Positions 1 through 8,411 of a stretch of 64,000 bases of DNA are shown in pieces. The notes beneath the pieces are model-generated. The model saw only the letters and a program-made list of their open reading frames with translations. It had not been told where the DNA came from and did not search any database. The DNA comes from Bdellovibrionales bacterium. GTDB lineage: Bacteria; Bdellovibrionota; UBA1018; CAIMNF01. The position numbers were made by a program, and so were the translations under genes. The stretch covers positions 1 through 64,000 of the forward strand of contig JBEIJY010000002.1 of NCBI GenBank assembly GCA_040380025.1. Direction: 5' to 3'. Numbering within the stretch: the first letter of the stretch is position 1; each line of letters opens with the position of its first letter.

Positions 1-24
1 CCTTTGATCGTGCTTGGTAAAGGA

Positions 25-157
25 GGGGGATCGGGAGAGGTCGTTGGAAAAATTCCGTTTTTGCCGACACTCGCGAGCCAGGATGGCGAAAGCGAGGCCG
101 CCGGATGCGGCATGGAGGTAAAAACGGAATTATTCCAAAGACCTCTCCTGAGCCCCC
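25..157. repeat. Long imperfect inverted repeat (MITE/REP-like element or structured RNA)
   Basis: 25-65 is the reverse complement of 117-157 at 36/41 positions; the interior holds small hairpins GCCA-GGA-TGGC and GCCGC-CGGAT-GCGGC. Confidence 0.7.
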
Positions 158-205
158 ACATAAAATAGGCACAATCAAGTGGGTCGGTTCGAAACCCAAA
201 CGCAT

Positions 206-234
206 TTGACCGGGCGCCCGATTCTCCGTACAGT
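206..234 (+). promoter_or_regulatory. sigma70-like promoter for the 244 ORF
   Basis: TTGACC-N17-TACAGT, 9 nt before ATG 244. Confidence 0.5.
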
Positions 235-243
235 ATCGCCACT

Positions 244-429
244 ATGAGAGACGACTACGCACTCAAAGGATCCACCGTCCAGGTCACCCTGAGCCTCGAA
301 AAAGAGGTCTCCGAAACCCTGAAGAAAATGGCCGAATACACGAAACTCGGTGAGTCCGAGATCCTGAACACCGCTCTGAAGCGGTTCATCGCGGTCCATA
401 GCGATTTCCTTCCGGCCAAAAAATCCTGA
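244..429 (+). CDS. Small ribbon-helix-helix/CopG-like DNA-binding protein
   Basis: 61 aa; beta-like VQVTLSL followed by two helices (EVSETLKKMA, ESEILNTALKRF). Confidence 0.55.
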   Translation: MRDDYALKGSTVQVTLSLEKEVSETLKKMAEYTKLGESEILNTALKRFIAVHSDFLPAKKS

Positions 430-487
430 GGGTTTCCGGCTCCGGTTCTGGTTCGAATCCTTCTTTTTATTTTTTAAATTAAATCTA

Positions 488-516
488 TTTACAATTTAAA
501 CGGCTTTCATTATCTT
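488..516 (+). promoter_or_regulatory. sigma70-like promoter with AT-rich upstream element
   Basis: TTTACA-N17-TATCTT after T/A tracts; GGAGG immediately before the ATG-ATG-ATG at 541. Confidence 0.5.
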
Positions 517-540
517 GCACTCATCCCGTTCGGGGGGAGG

Positions 541-1509
541 ATGATGATGAACAGTCGTTTCAGTTGGGGACTCGGCCTGCTCGCTCTCGGAGCCGCTCTC
601 TCGAGCCCCGCCCTTTCGATGGAGGTCGACCCCGCGGTCCCCCGCGATCAGGCCCTCTCGATTCAGAATGATCAAGACTACCTTTCCGGGCTTCGACTGA
701 GCGGAAGCGAAGTGGAGTCCGAGACCGCGCGCCTGCTCGGAGTTCCAGGCGCACTCTCGCCAGAGCGCCTGCGCGAGTGGTTGAACAACCGGGTGGACCT
801 GGTGATCTCTGAGAATCAGCCGCTTGAAGAGGCGGTCTTCATGGCGCCCGGAAAAGCCGTGTATCCCGAGTCAGATGTCTTCCCCGCTTCGGGCGCCCCG
901 CGAAGCGCTTCGGCTCCCGCATCTCCCTCAATCCCGACGGCAGAACCTGCCTCGAGCGAGGTCTCGACCCCGATCCGGGTGATGTCGAATGTGGGGGCCG
1001 CTTTGTATCTGATAGGCAAAAAAAACAAGGCACTGCTCGCGTTCCAAAAAAGCGATGGCAGGGTTCTTCCGATCGTCTCACCCCATCACGGACTGATCCA
1101 GATCGGCGCCGGGCTTTTTCACGAACAGCTCCGCGTGAACGCCGAGGCGCAGGATCACCCCGCAAACTCGGTCGATCGGATTGCCACGTTTTTTCATGAG
1201 GCGCGCCACAGTGACGGGCACGGAAGCACCCTCGGGTTCCTTCATGCGATTTGCCCCGAGGGCCACGCCTACGCCGGATACCCCGCCTGCGACGAAAGCA
1301 AGAACGGTCCCTATACCGTGGGCGCGCAGATCCTGAAGACGCTTACCGCCGCATGCGCCGATTGCTCTGAAAAAGAAAAGATCGCCCTGCAAATGCTCGA
1401 AGCCGACTCGCGGAGCCGGGTCCTTGCCGGAGCAAAGGACTGGAGCGATGACTTCGAGATTCTGACGAGCTACGAGGCCGAGCGTTCTAAAGAAGGAGCG
1501 TCGGAATGA
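541..1509 (+). CDS. Secreted hypothetical protein with HEXXH motif (putative zinc metalloprotease)
   Basis: Signal peptide; FFHEARHSDG motif; Cys-rich C-terminus. Confidence 0.55.
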   Translation: MMMNSRFSWGLGLLALGAALSSPALSMEVDPAVPRDQALSIQNDQDYLSGLRLSGSEVESETARLLGVPGALSPERLREWLNNRVDLVISENQPLEEAVFMAPGKAVYPESDVFPASGAPRSASAPASPSIPTAEPASSEVSTPIRVMSNVGAALYLIGKKNKALLAFQKSDGRVLPIVSPHHGLIQIGAGLFHEQLRVNAEAQDHPANSVDRIATFFHEARHSDGHGSTLGFLHAICPEGHAYAGYPACDESKNGPYTVGAQILKTLTAACADCSEKEKIALQMLEADSRSRVLAGAKDWSDDFEILTSYEAERSKEGASE

Positions 1510-2042
1510 AAAAAATCATGGTCGTGATCGGGGTCGTGGGTGCGGTGGGGTTTTTGGTCCTGAAGGAAGCAGGCGCGGGTCGCGCGCCCGAGATAAAATC
1601 CGGAGGTTTGCGCGCCTCAATTCCAAAAGAGCAGGCGGCCAAGAAATCTGTATTGCTCCCTGAGGCGAACGAACCTGCCGATGATTCTCCGGGGCCCGAT
1701 CTTCAGGCCCGGATCGAGATCGTGCGAAATGCCCTTCCCACGGTCGAATCGATCAAGAAGCTTGGCGAAGAGGCCGTCGCTCACCGGCCCCCGAAACAGG
1801 TGATCGAAGGAGGGCTCGCCCTCGGGGAACTTTCAGAATACCTGACCCGTCATCCTTCTGAATACAAAAGCGCCACTTTGTTTTATGCCGAATGTGCGCT
1901 GGATTCGGGGTTGCTCCCTGCCGCGCGTGCGATTTGCCTGAAGGCGCTTACCAAGCGAGGACCCTCGGAGTGGGCGAACGGGGTAGCCGGTGCCGTCGAG
2001 CGCGTTCCCCGTTCGATCGCCGAGATCTCAGCGCAGTTGTGA
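1506..2042 (+). CDS. Hypothetical membrane-anchored protein
   Basis: N-terminal hydrophobic segment; ATGA overlap with the upstream gene; GGAG RBS. Confidence 0.6.
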   Translation: MKKIMVVIGVVGAVGFLVLKEAGAGRAPEIKSGGLRASIPKEQAAKKSVLLPEANEPADDSPGPDLQARIEIVRNALPTVESIKKLGEEAVAHRPPKQVIEGGLALGELSEYLTRHPSEYKSATLFYAECALDSGLLPAARAICLKALTKRGPSEWANGVAGAVERVPRSIAEISAQL

Positions 2043-2077
2043 TTAGTCTTGACTAATTAATAGTTTTGACTAATAAT
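2042..2077 (+). promoter_or_regulatory. TA promoter/operator with tandem palindromes
   Basis: ATTAGTC-TT-GACTAAT (2042-2057) and near-copy AATAGTTTTGACTAAT (2059-2074) overlapping TTGACT -35 and a TAATAAT -10 region. Confidence 0.6.
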
Positions 2078-2082
2078 AATAA

Positions 2083-2418
2083 GTGGTGAAGGTAAAATTT
2101 TACCTAAAATCATCAGGCCGAAGCCCGGTTGAAGAGTTTTTGATCGAATGTTCACAAGAAATCCGGTCTGACTTTTTTGATGCAGTCGCACTGTTGGCAT
2201 CAGGGCAAATGCTGTCCATGCCGATCAGTCGAAATCTATCCGGCGTTCATCATGGGCTTCATGAGTTGCGACTGAAGGATCGCTCAGGCCAGATCCGGGT
2301 CTTTTACTTCATCAAAAAAAGTGATGCGATATATCTGCTTCATGCGTTCAAAAAGAAGACGCAGGAACTGCCAAAGAAGGAAGTCGACTTGGCAATCAAG
2401 CGGATCAGAGAGGTATGA
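2083..2418 (+). CDS. Type II toxin, RelE/HigB (Gp49-like) family
   Basis: SGRSPVEEFL, GLHELR, IRVFYF, LLHAFKKKTQ pattern. Confidence 0.85.
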   Translation: MVKVKFYLKSSGRSPVEEFLIECSQEIRSDFFDAVALLASGQMLSMPISRNLSGVHHGLHELRLKDRSGQIRVFYFIKKSDAIYLLHAFKKKTQELPKKEVDLAIKRIREV

Positions 2419-2702
2419 ATATGGCTTGGAAAGAAATGACAACCGAAGAGTTGGCCAAATCCCTTGGTGTGAACGCATCTGAGGTGCGTGAAAAGCAGAA
2501 GCTCATTCAAACCATTGTGGCGGTTCGAAAGCGAGAGAAGCTCTCTCAGGCAACGCTGGCAAAAAAGATCGGCGTAACCCAGGGCCGGATCGCCCAAATT
2601 GAGTCCGGAGTCGGGACATCCAAAGTCACTTTTGATGTGCTTTTGAATATTCTCTCGGCGCTCGGCTACGACTTCAGGATTGTAAGCAAAAAAGTCGCGT
2701 GA
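2415..2702 (+). CDS. XRE-family HTH antitoxin (HigA-like)
   Basis: LSQATLAKKIGVTQGRIAQIESG helix-turn-helix; toxin-first gene order. Confidence 0.85.
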   Translation: MNMAWKEMTTEELAKSLGVNASEVREKQKLIQTIVAVRKREKLSQATLAKKIGVTQGRIAQIESGVGTSKVTFDVLLNILSALGYDFRIVSKKVA

Positions 2703-4685
2703 TCAGGTCGCCGAATCGAGAATCTCGGCAATGTCCTTCACGCGAATCTGATCGGTCATGTCTTTGGTCTTGACGCCGTCGCTGATCATCGTCACGCAGA
2801 AGGGGCAAGCCGTGGCGACGAGCTTCGCGTTCGTCTCGATCGCCTGCTCGGTGCGGGTCACGTTGATGCGCGCTCCGTGATGCTCTTCCATCCACATCCG
2901 GCCCCCGCCGGCGCCGCAGCACATTCCGCGGTCGTGGTGTTGCTTCATCTCGACCAGGTTCACCTTCGGAATCGCCTGAAGCACCGAGCGCGGCTGATCG
3001 TACACGTTGTTCCAGCGCCCGAGGTAACAGCTGTCATGGAAGGTCACTGTTTCGTTGATCTCTTTTACCGGCTTCAACCGGCCTTCCGAAACCAGTCGTG
3101 CAATGAACTGCGAGTGGTGGAACACCTCGTACTCCCCGCCCAGGTCTTTGTACTCGTTCTTGAGCGTGTTGAAGCAATGCGGGCATGCCGTGACGATGGT
3201 CTTGACCTGATAGCGGTTCAGGGTCTCGACATTGGTCTTGGCGAGGGTCTGAAACAGGTATTCATTTCCGATCCTGCGGGCCGCATCACCCGTGCAGGTC
3301 TCTTCGTTGCCCAGAATCGCGAACTTCACTTGTGCTTTGTTGAGCAGGTTCACAAACGACTTCACGACCGACTGGTTGCGGTCATCGTAGGCGCCGGCGC
3401 AACCCACCCACAAGAGGACATCGAGCTCGGCTGCCGATCCTGCGTCGGCCATGGTCTTGATTCCAAGGCCCTGCGCCCAGTTTGCGCGCTCGGATGCGCT
3501 GAACGCCCAAGGGGACCCGTTCGTCTCCATGTTCTTGAACACTGCTTGGACCTCGGACGGAAAGCGCGATTCCATCATCACAAGGTTCCGGCGCACGTCA
3601 TAAATCTTATCGGTGTGCTCGATGAACACGGGGCAGGCGATCTCGCACGCGCGGCACGAGGTGCAGGCCCAGATCACGTCTTCGGTCACGTGTTCGTCGA
3701 TCACATGGGTGATCTCTTCGGACTTGCCCGAAAGAATCGCGGTCTTGTTCGCATGAAGATTCTTCTTCAGGTCGACGATCAGGTTCTTGGGCGAGAGCGG
3801 CTTTTGGGTGTTCCATGCCGGGCAGAGCTCCTGACAGCGCCCGCACTCGGTGCACGAGTACAAATCGAGCGTGTCCTTCCAGCTCATCTGGCTCACGTTC
3901 GCAACCCCGAACTGGGTGGCGCTTTCGTCTTCGAAGTTGATCGTGCTCATGCCCTTCTCGCGTTCGAGACGCCGAAGCACGGTATTCGGCCCTGCGGCCA
4001 CGATGTGCAGGTGCTTCGAGCCGGGAATGTACACGGCAAAGCCGAGCACGAGCGACATGTGCACCCACTTGAAGAACGTGAAGAGCGAGTGGCTCGTGTC
4101 GTCGCTGAACTGGAATTGCGTGAAGAACAGCGCGATCTGGCGTGATACGAAAAACGACCCCTCATACGACGGGTTCGCCGCCAGAATGTGGAATGCGTTC
4201 ATCAGAAAAATCGAAACCATGAGCCCCCCGGTGAAGAGGAGCACGTTGTTCGCATCGCGCGATTGCCCGAGGTGCGCCGGACGGATCACAAGCCGGCGGT
4301 AGGCCGCATACAGCACGCCGAACAGCACGAACGAGGTGAAGAGGTCTTGCGCGAAAATGAAAGCCGCGTAGGGCCCCTCTCCGATGAACTCGAAGGAGGC
4401 CCCCGCGTACAAGGTGCTCAGGAACTGTTCGACCGTCCCGAAGGAGATCACGATGAATCCCCAGAAGATCGCCGTGTGGGCGATCCCGATCCAGCGGTCC
4501 CGGAGGACCGCCTTCTGACCCAGCACATTCACCAGACCGGTCAGGACACGCGCGCCAAGGTCGCCGAATTTCGGTGGCTTCCCCGTCTGGGCCTTCAAAA
4601 GCTTGTACAGCGTAAGAAAGCGCTTTCCCGAAATCGTGAAAGCCGTTCCTGCAACGATCAAAAACGCGAATGTCTGCCAGGTCAT
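2703..4685 (-). CDS. Membrane-bound Fe-S oxidoreductase (FadF/HdrD-like, CCG domains)
   Basis: N-terminal TM helices; CTECGRCQELCP and CTSCRACEIACP; CCG-domain motifs (HDSCYLGR, CCGAGGG); adjacent to etfAB. Confidence 0.85.
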   Translation of the reverse strand: MTWQTFAFLIVAGTAFTISGKRFLTLYKLLKAQTGKPPKFGDLGARVLTGLVNVLGQKAVLRDRWIGIAHTAIFWGFIVISFGTVEQFLSTLYAGASFEFIGEGPYAAFIFAQDLFTSFVLFGVLYAAYRRLVIRPAHLGQSRDANNVLLFTGGLMVSIFLMNAFHILAANPSYEGSFFVSRQIALFFTQFQFSDDTSHSLFTFFKWVHMSLVLGFAVYIPGSKHLHIVAAGPNTVLRRLEREKGMSTINFEDESATQFGVANVSQMSWKDTLDLYSCTECGRCQELCPAWNTQKPLSPKNLIVDLKKNLHANKTAILSGKSEEITHVIDEHVTEDVIWACTSCRACEIACPVFIEHTDKIYDVRRNLVMMESRFPSEVQAVFKNMETNGSPWAFSASERANWAQGLGIKTMADAGSAAELDVLLWVGCAGAYDDRNQSVVKSFVNLLNKAQVKFAILGNEETCTGDAARRIGNEYLFQTLAKTNVETLNRYQVKTIVTACPHCFNTLKNEYKDLGGEYEVFHHSQFIARLVSEGRLKPVKEINETVTFHDSCYLGRWNNVYDQPRSVLQAIPKVNLVEMKQHHDRGMCCGAGGGRMWMEEHHGARINVTRTEQAIETNAKLVATACPFCVTMISDGVKTKDMTDQIRVKDIAEILDSAT

Positions 4686-4695
4686 CGTGATCCGC

Positions 4696-5661
4696 CTATT
4701 CTTTCAGTTTTTTGAACTCGGTCGTGAGCGCCGGAACCACTTGGAAGAGGTCTCCGACGATCGCATAGTCGGCGATCTGGAAGATCGGCGCTTGCGGGTC
4801 GGTGTTGATCGCCACGATCACCTTCGAGGTGCGCATGCCGGCCAGGTGCTGGATCGCGCCGCTGATTCCGCATGCAATGTAGCACGCGGGCGACACGACC
4901 TTGCCGGTCTGGCCGACCTGGTCGCGGTGCGGACGATAGCCCGCATCGACGGCGGCGCGCGAGGCTCCGACGGCGGCACCGACGGTGTCGGCGAGGTCTT
5001 CAATGATCTTGAAGTTCTCGGCGCTCTTCAGCGAGCGTCCGCCCGAAACCACGATTGCGGCTTCGGTCACATCCGGACGGGCCGAGTTGCCCTTCACGAC
5101 TTCGAGGATCTTCGTCTTCAGTCCCGACAGATCGCATGCGATCACGGCCGCTTCAGCGGTTTTTGCGGCATCCGGCTTCGGGAGTCCGATCGAGTTCGGG
5201 CGAACCGTTGCCATCTGCATGCCGCTTCCGACGAATTCGACCTCTGCGGTCGCCTTGCCCGAATACACCGGACGGCGAAGCTGGAGCTTTCCGCCGTTGA
5301 AGGCGAGCGAGGTGCAGTCGGTGGCGAGGTTCCCCTCGACCATGACCGATACGAGCGGGAGGAACTCACGCCCCATCGGAGTATGGGCGGCCAGCACCAC
5401 TTCGGGCCCGATCGACTTGATCGCAGTCGAAAGTGCCTTGGCATACGATTCGGCGGTGTACAGCTTCAGTGCCGCATCTTGAATCGCATGGACCTTGGTC
5501 GCGCCGTAAGAGGCGCATTCGTTTGCCAGTCCGGCCACCGAGTCTCCCACCAGTACGGCGTGGGTCTCGTTTCCGGCCGCGGCCGAAGCCGCCACGAGCT
5601 CATAGCTTGCTTTCTTGGCTTTGCCTTCTCTTTGTTCGATGAAAACAACGACTTTTGCCAT
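4696..5661 (-). CDS. etfA: Electron transfer flavoprotein alpha subunit
   Basis: [30 protein letters not shown] motifs; start taken at MAKVV. Confidence 0.95.
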   Translation of the reverse strand: MAKVVVFIEQREGKAKKASYELVAASAAAGNETHAVLVGDSVAGLANECASYGATKVHAIQDAALKLYTAESYAKALSTAIKSIGPEVVLAAHTPMGREFLPLVSVMVEGNLATDCTSLAFNGGKLQLRRPVYSGKATAEVEFVGSGMQMATVRPNSIGLPKPDAAKTAEAAVIACDLSGLKTKILEVVKGNSARPDVTEAAIVVSGGRSLKSAENFKIIEDLADTVGAAVGASRAAVDAGYRPHRDQVGQTGKVVSPACYIACGISGAIQHLAGMRTSKVIVAINTDPQAPIFQIADYAIVGDLFQVVPALTTEFKKLKE

Positions 5662-5662
5662 G

Positions 5663-6436
5663 TCAGACCACCTTTGCTTCGTTATGGAGTGCGACGGCCA
5701 GCGCATGCGCCTGGGCCGCGGCGTCGCCCTCGAGTTTCTTGCCTGCTTGTTTTGCAGGAGGGAGCTGGAAGTTCTTGAAGCGGAGCTTTTGATCCGAAGC
5801 CGAAACGCCCAGATCGGCAAGCTTCACGGCCTTCACTTCTTTTTTCTTCGCCTTCATGATGTTCGGAAGGGTCGCGTAGCGCGGGTCATTCAGGCCCTTG
5901 CTTCCGGCGATCACGGCCGGAGCCGCCACTTCGACCATCTCGAACGATCCGCCTTCGATCTCGCGCTTGCACTTCAGCGTGGTGCCCGAGTATTCGATTC
6001 CGCAAACGACGGTGACTGCGGGAATTCCCATATGCGCGGCGACGAGCTGGGGAACCTGCGCGGCGCCGTCATCGAGGGCTTCTTTTCCGAAGAACACGAG
6101 ATCCACCTTCGGCTCTTTTTTGAGGGTCGCGGCGAGCGCCTTCGCGGCCATGGCGCTATCGGCGTTCTCGGGGAGCTCGACATGAATCGCGTTGTCGGCG
6201 CCCATCGCAAGTGCGGTCCGGAGACCATCGATCACGCGGTCCGGGCCTGCCGAAACGACGGTCACGGTCGCGCCGGCGTTCTTTTCTTTCAGGCGGAGCG
6301 CCTCTTCGATTCCGTATTCGTCATACGTCGAGAGGATCCACTTGATTCCTGCGGTATCGATGCCGGTGGAGTCGGCGTTCAACTTGATTTTGGTTTCGGT
6401 ATCCGGAACCTGTTTGATGCAAACGTAAAGATTCAT
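5663..6436 (-). CDS. etfB: Electron transfer flavoprotein beta subunit
   Basis: VCIKQVPDT, ALAMGAD, PRYATLPNIMKAKKK. Confidence 0.95.
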   Translation of the reverse strand: MNLYVCIKQVPDTETKIKLNADSTGIDTAGIKWILSTYDEYGIEEALRLKEKNAGATVTVVSAGPDRVIDGLRTALAMGADNAIHVELPENADSAMAAKALAATLKKEPKVDLVFFGKEALDDGAAQVPQLVAAHMGIPAVTVVCGIEYSGTTLKCKREIEGGSFEMVEVAAPAVIAGSKGLNDPRYATLPNIMKAKKKEVKAVKLADLGVSASDQKLRFKNFQLPPAKQAGKKLEGDAAAQAHALAVALHNEAKVV

Positions 6437-6530
6437 TTTGATGTCCTTTCCGAATCAAAATTCACTGACGAAAGGGCAGTTGGATCAACTGCTGATTTCA
6501 CAGTGGAACAATGAGGTAAGCATATGGAAT

Positions 6531-8411
6531 TCAGGCTTGTTTTTCCAAGGGATTCCGAGGCAGATCGAAACAAATTTTCCGGATGGTTTCGATCCGCTCG
6601 CGTGCGAGCCGGATGGCCTCGTCGGGGGCCGTAAAGACCGAGCCACTCGAGAACCGGACGGTCTCGGTGAACTCCAAGAACGCCGTGATGAGTTTGACCT
6701 GATCCTCGGGAACTCCGTGTTCCACGGTCAGGATTCGGGCAAGATCCCGAATCGGCATCGCCCGCGAGGCGATGCCAAAGCTCTCATCGAGAGTTTTATA
6801 CAGCGCATCTTTTGTCTTCTCCAAAACAGACGAAACCGATTGGGCATTGGCCAGGTCCAGTTCCGACATCAGCGACTTCCAGTGATCTTCCATGCCCTGT
6901 CTGCGCTTCAAGCCCTCCCTCTTTAAAAGAGAGCGCTTGCGGGTTTGATCCCAGATCACGAGTCCCACGAATCCAAAAAACACGAGCACGCCGAACCACG
7001 AGACGATCCTCCAAAGAGGCTCTCCCAAAACCGCACGCCTGCCTTCCGATCGTTGATTCTTCGTACGGATCGCACCGTAGCCCTCGGGCGCAGAAGAGGC
7101 CTCCGCCGTCACCTCCGGCTCACTGTCTTGCGCGGTAGGCGCCACGCTCGCAAGCGAGCTTCCCGGATCGCCCGCCATCACCTCGATCGGAATCGCAAGG
7201 GCGATCTTTTTTTGATACGAGCGCGACTCGGGATTGAAGAACTCGAACTCGACCTGCGGAATCGTCGAGGAGCCCTCCCGCGAGGGAACGACCACGACCT
7301 CGAAGGTTTTTTCTTGCTGGCCCTGGCCCAGGTTCTTGGTCTTGCCCTGCGACTGATAGAGCTTGAGGTCCGAGGGCCAGTTCACGCGCGGGAACTCGAT
7401 CAGGTTTGTGTTGCCCTTTCCTTTGATGCTGTACCGAACCGTGAACGGGGCGTTGGCCTTGATCGGGCCCGGATCGGGTTGCGAAAGCACCTCGAAATCT
7501 CCGACCCCGCCCGTGAACAGGTTCGAGCGCCCGTCTTCGGGAAGGGGCAGGACTTCGACCGTGATCGGATCGCTCTTGGCACTTCCGGTCCGGGGGGTGA
7601 CCTGGCTGAAGAACTGAAAGAAAGGATCTTCCATCAGGTCATCCGCACCGGGGTTCCGGGGGATGTAATCGACCCGGACCGAAAATCCGTCGATCCGGAG
7701 CTTGCCGTCCTTGATCGGGTAGACCGCGTAGCGCGCCAGGAGCGCGCGTTCAAACGGGACTCCGCCGAGGTTCACCGCCTCGAAATCGGGGCGGTTCGAG
7801 AGGATCGGCATCTCGAGGTCTTCGCGGATGAAGCCCTGGAAGTTCGGATACTGGAGCACATCGCGCACGTTCGCGCGGGTCCTGCGGTACAGGTAATAGC
7901 TCACGACGATCTGCTCGCCCTTGTACACGCGGGACTTGCTCAGTTCGGCCTTCACGAAGAAATTCTTGGCATCGCCCGTCAGGGCCGGTGCCTCTCCTGC
8001 CGCGGGCTTCTGGTACAGGTTTTCGCGAATCACCTGAACCGTCAGATCGGGAGCCTTGTCGGCGCCATTCCGGATGTTCCGGATCTTGAGCGCGCCGGTT
8101 TTGAGCGGCCGCAGAATGTAAGTGATGCTCGTCTCGGATTTGCTCTCGAATTTTCCGTTGATGTACACCGACGAGAAGCTCGAGTTCTGGAACTGGTTCA
8201 TGATCTCGAAATCGGGAGCATCGAATTTCGGATCGAACGCTTCGCCCTCCCGCGAGGACCGCGTGTCGGCGATCTTAAGCGACACCGACTCGTCCTCGGG
8301 GACCTCCGTCCGGTCGATGCTCGCGCGAATCTCGGCAAAAGAAGGGTCCGCCGCGAACGCGGACGCCATCAGGATCACTGCAAAAAAACCCGCTTTACCA
8401 ATCCTTGTCAT
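6531..8411 (-). CDS. batD: BatD family protein
   Basis: Signal peptide, VYKGEQIVVSY, C-terminal TM helix; last gene of the Bat operon. Confidence 0.8.
   Translation of the reverse strand: MTRIGKAGFFAVILMASAFAADPSFAEIRASIDRTEVPEDESVSLKIADTRSSREGEAFDPKFDAPDFEIMNQFQNSSFSSVYINGKFESKSETSITYILRPLKTGALKIRNIRNGADKAPDLTVQVIRENLYQKPAAGEAPALTGDAKNFFVKAELSKSRVYKGEQIVVSYYLYRRTRANVRDVLQYPNFQGFIREDLEMPILSNRPDFEAVNLGGVPFERALLARYAVYPIKDGKLRIDGFSVRVDYIPRNPGADDLMEDPFFQFFSQVTPRTGSAKSDPITVEVLPLPEDGRSNLFTGGVGDFEVLSQPDPGPIKANAPFTVRYSIKGKGNTNLIEFPRVNWPSDLKLYQSQGKTKNLGQGQQEKTFEVVVVPSREGSSTIPQVEFEFFNPESRSYQKKIALAIPIEVMAGDPGSSLASVAPTAQDSEPEVTAEASSAPEGYGAIRTKNQRSEGRRAVLGEPLWRIVSWFGVLVFFGFVGLVIWDQTRKRSLLKREGLKRRQGMEDHWKSLMSELDLANAQSVSSVLEKTKDALYKTLDESFGIASRAMPIRDLARILTVEHGVPEDQVKLITAFLEFTETVRFSSGSVFTAPDEAIRLARERIETIRKICFDLPRNPLEKQA

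Noticed and set aside
450..460. GGTTCGAATCC tRNA T-loop-like motif
   Set aside because: No acceptor, D or anticodon arms can be folded around it and no integrase is nearby
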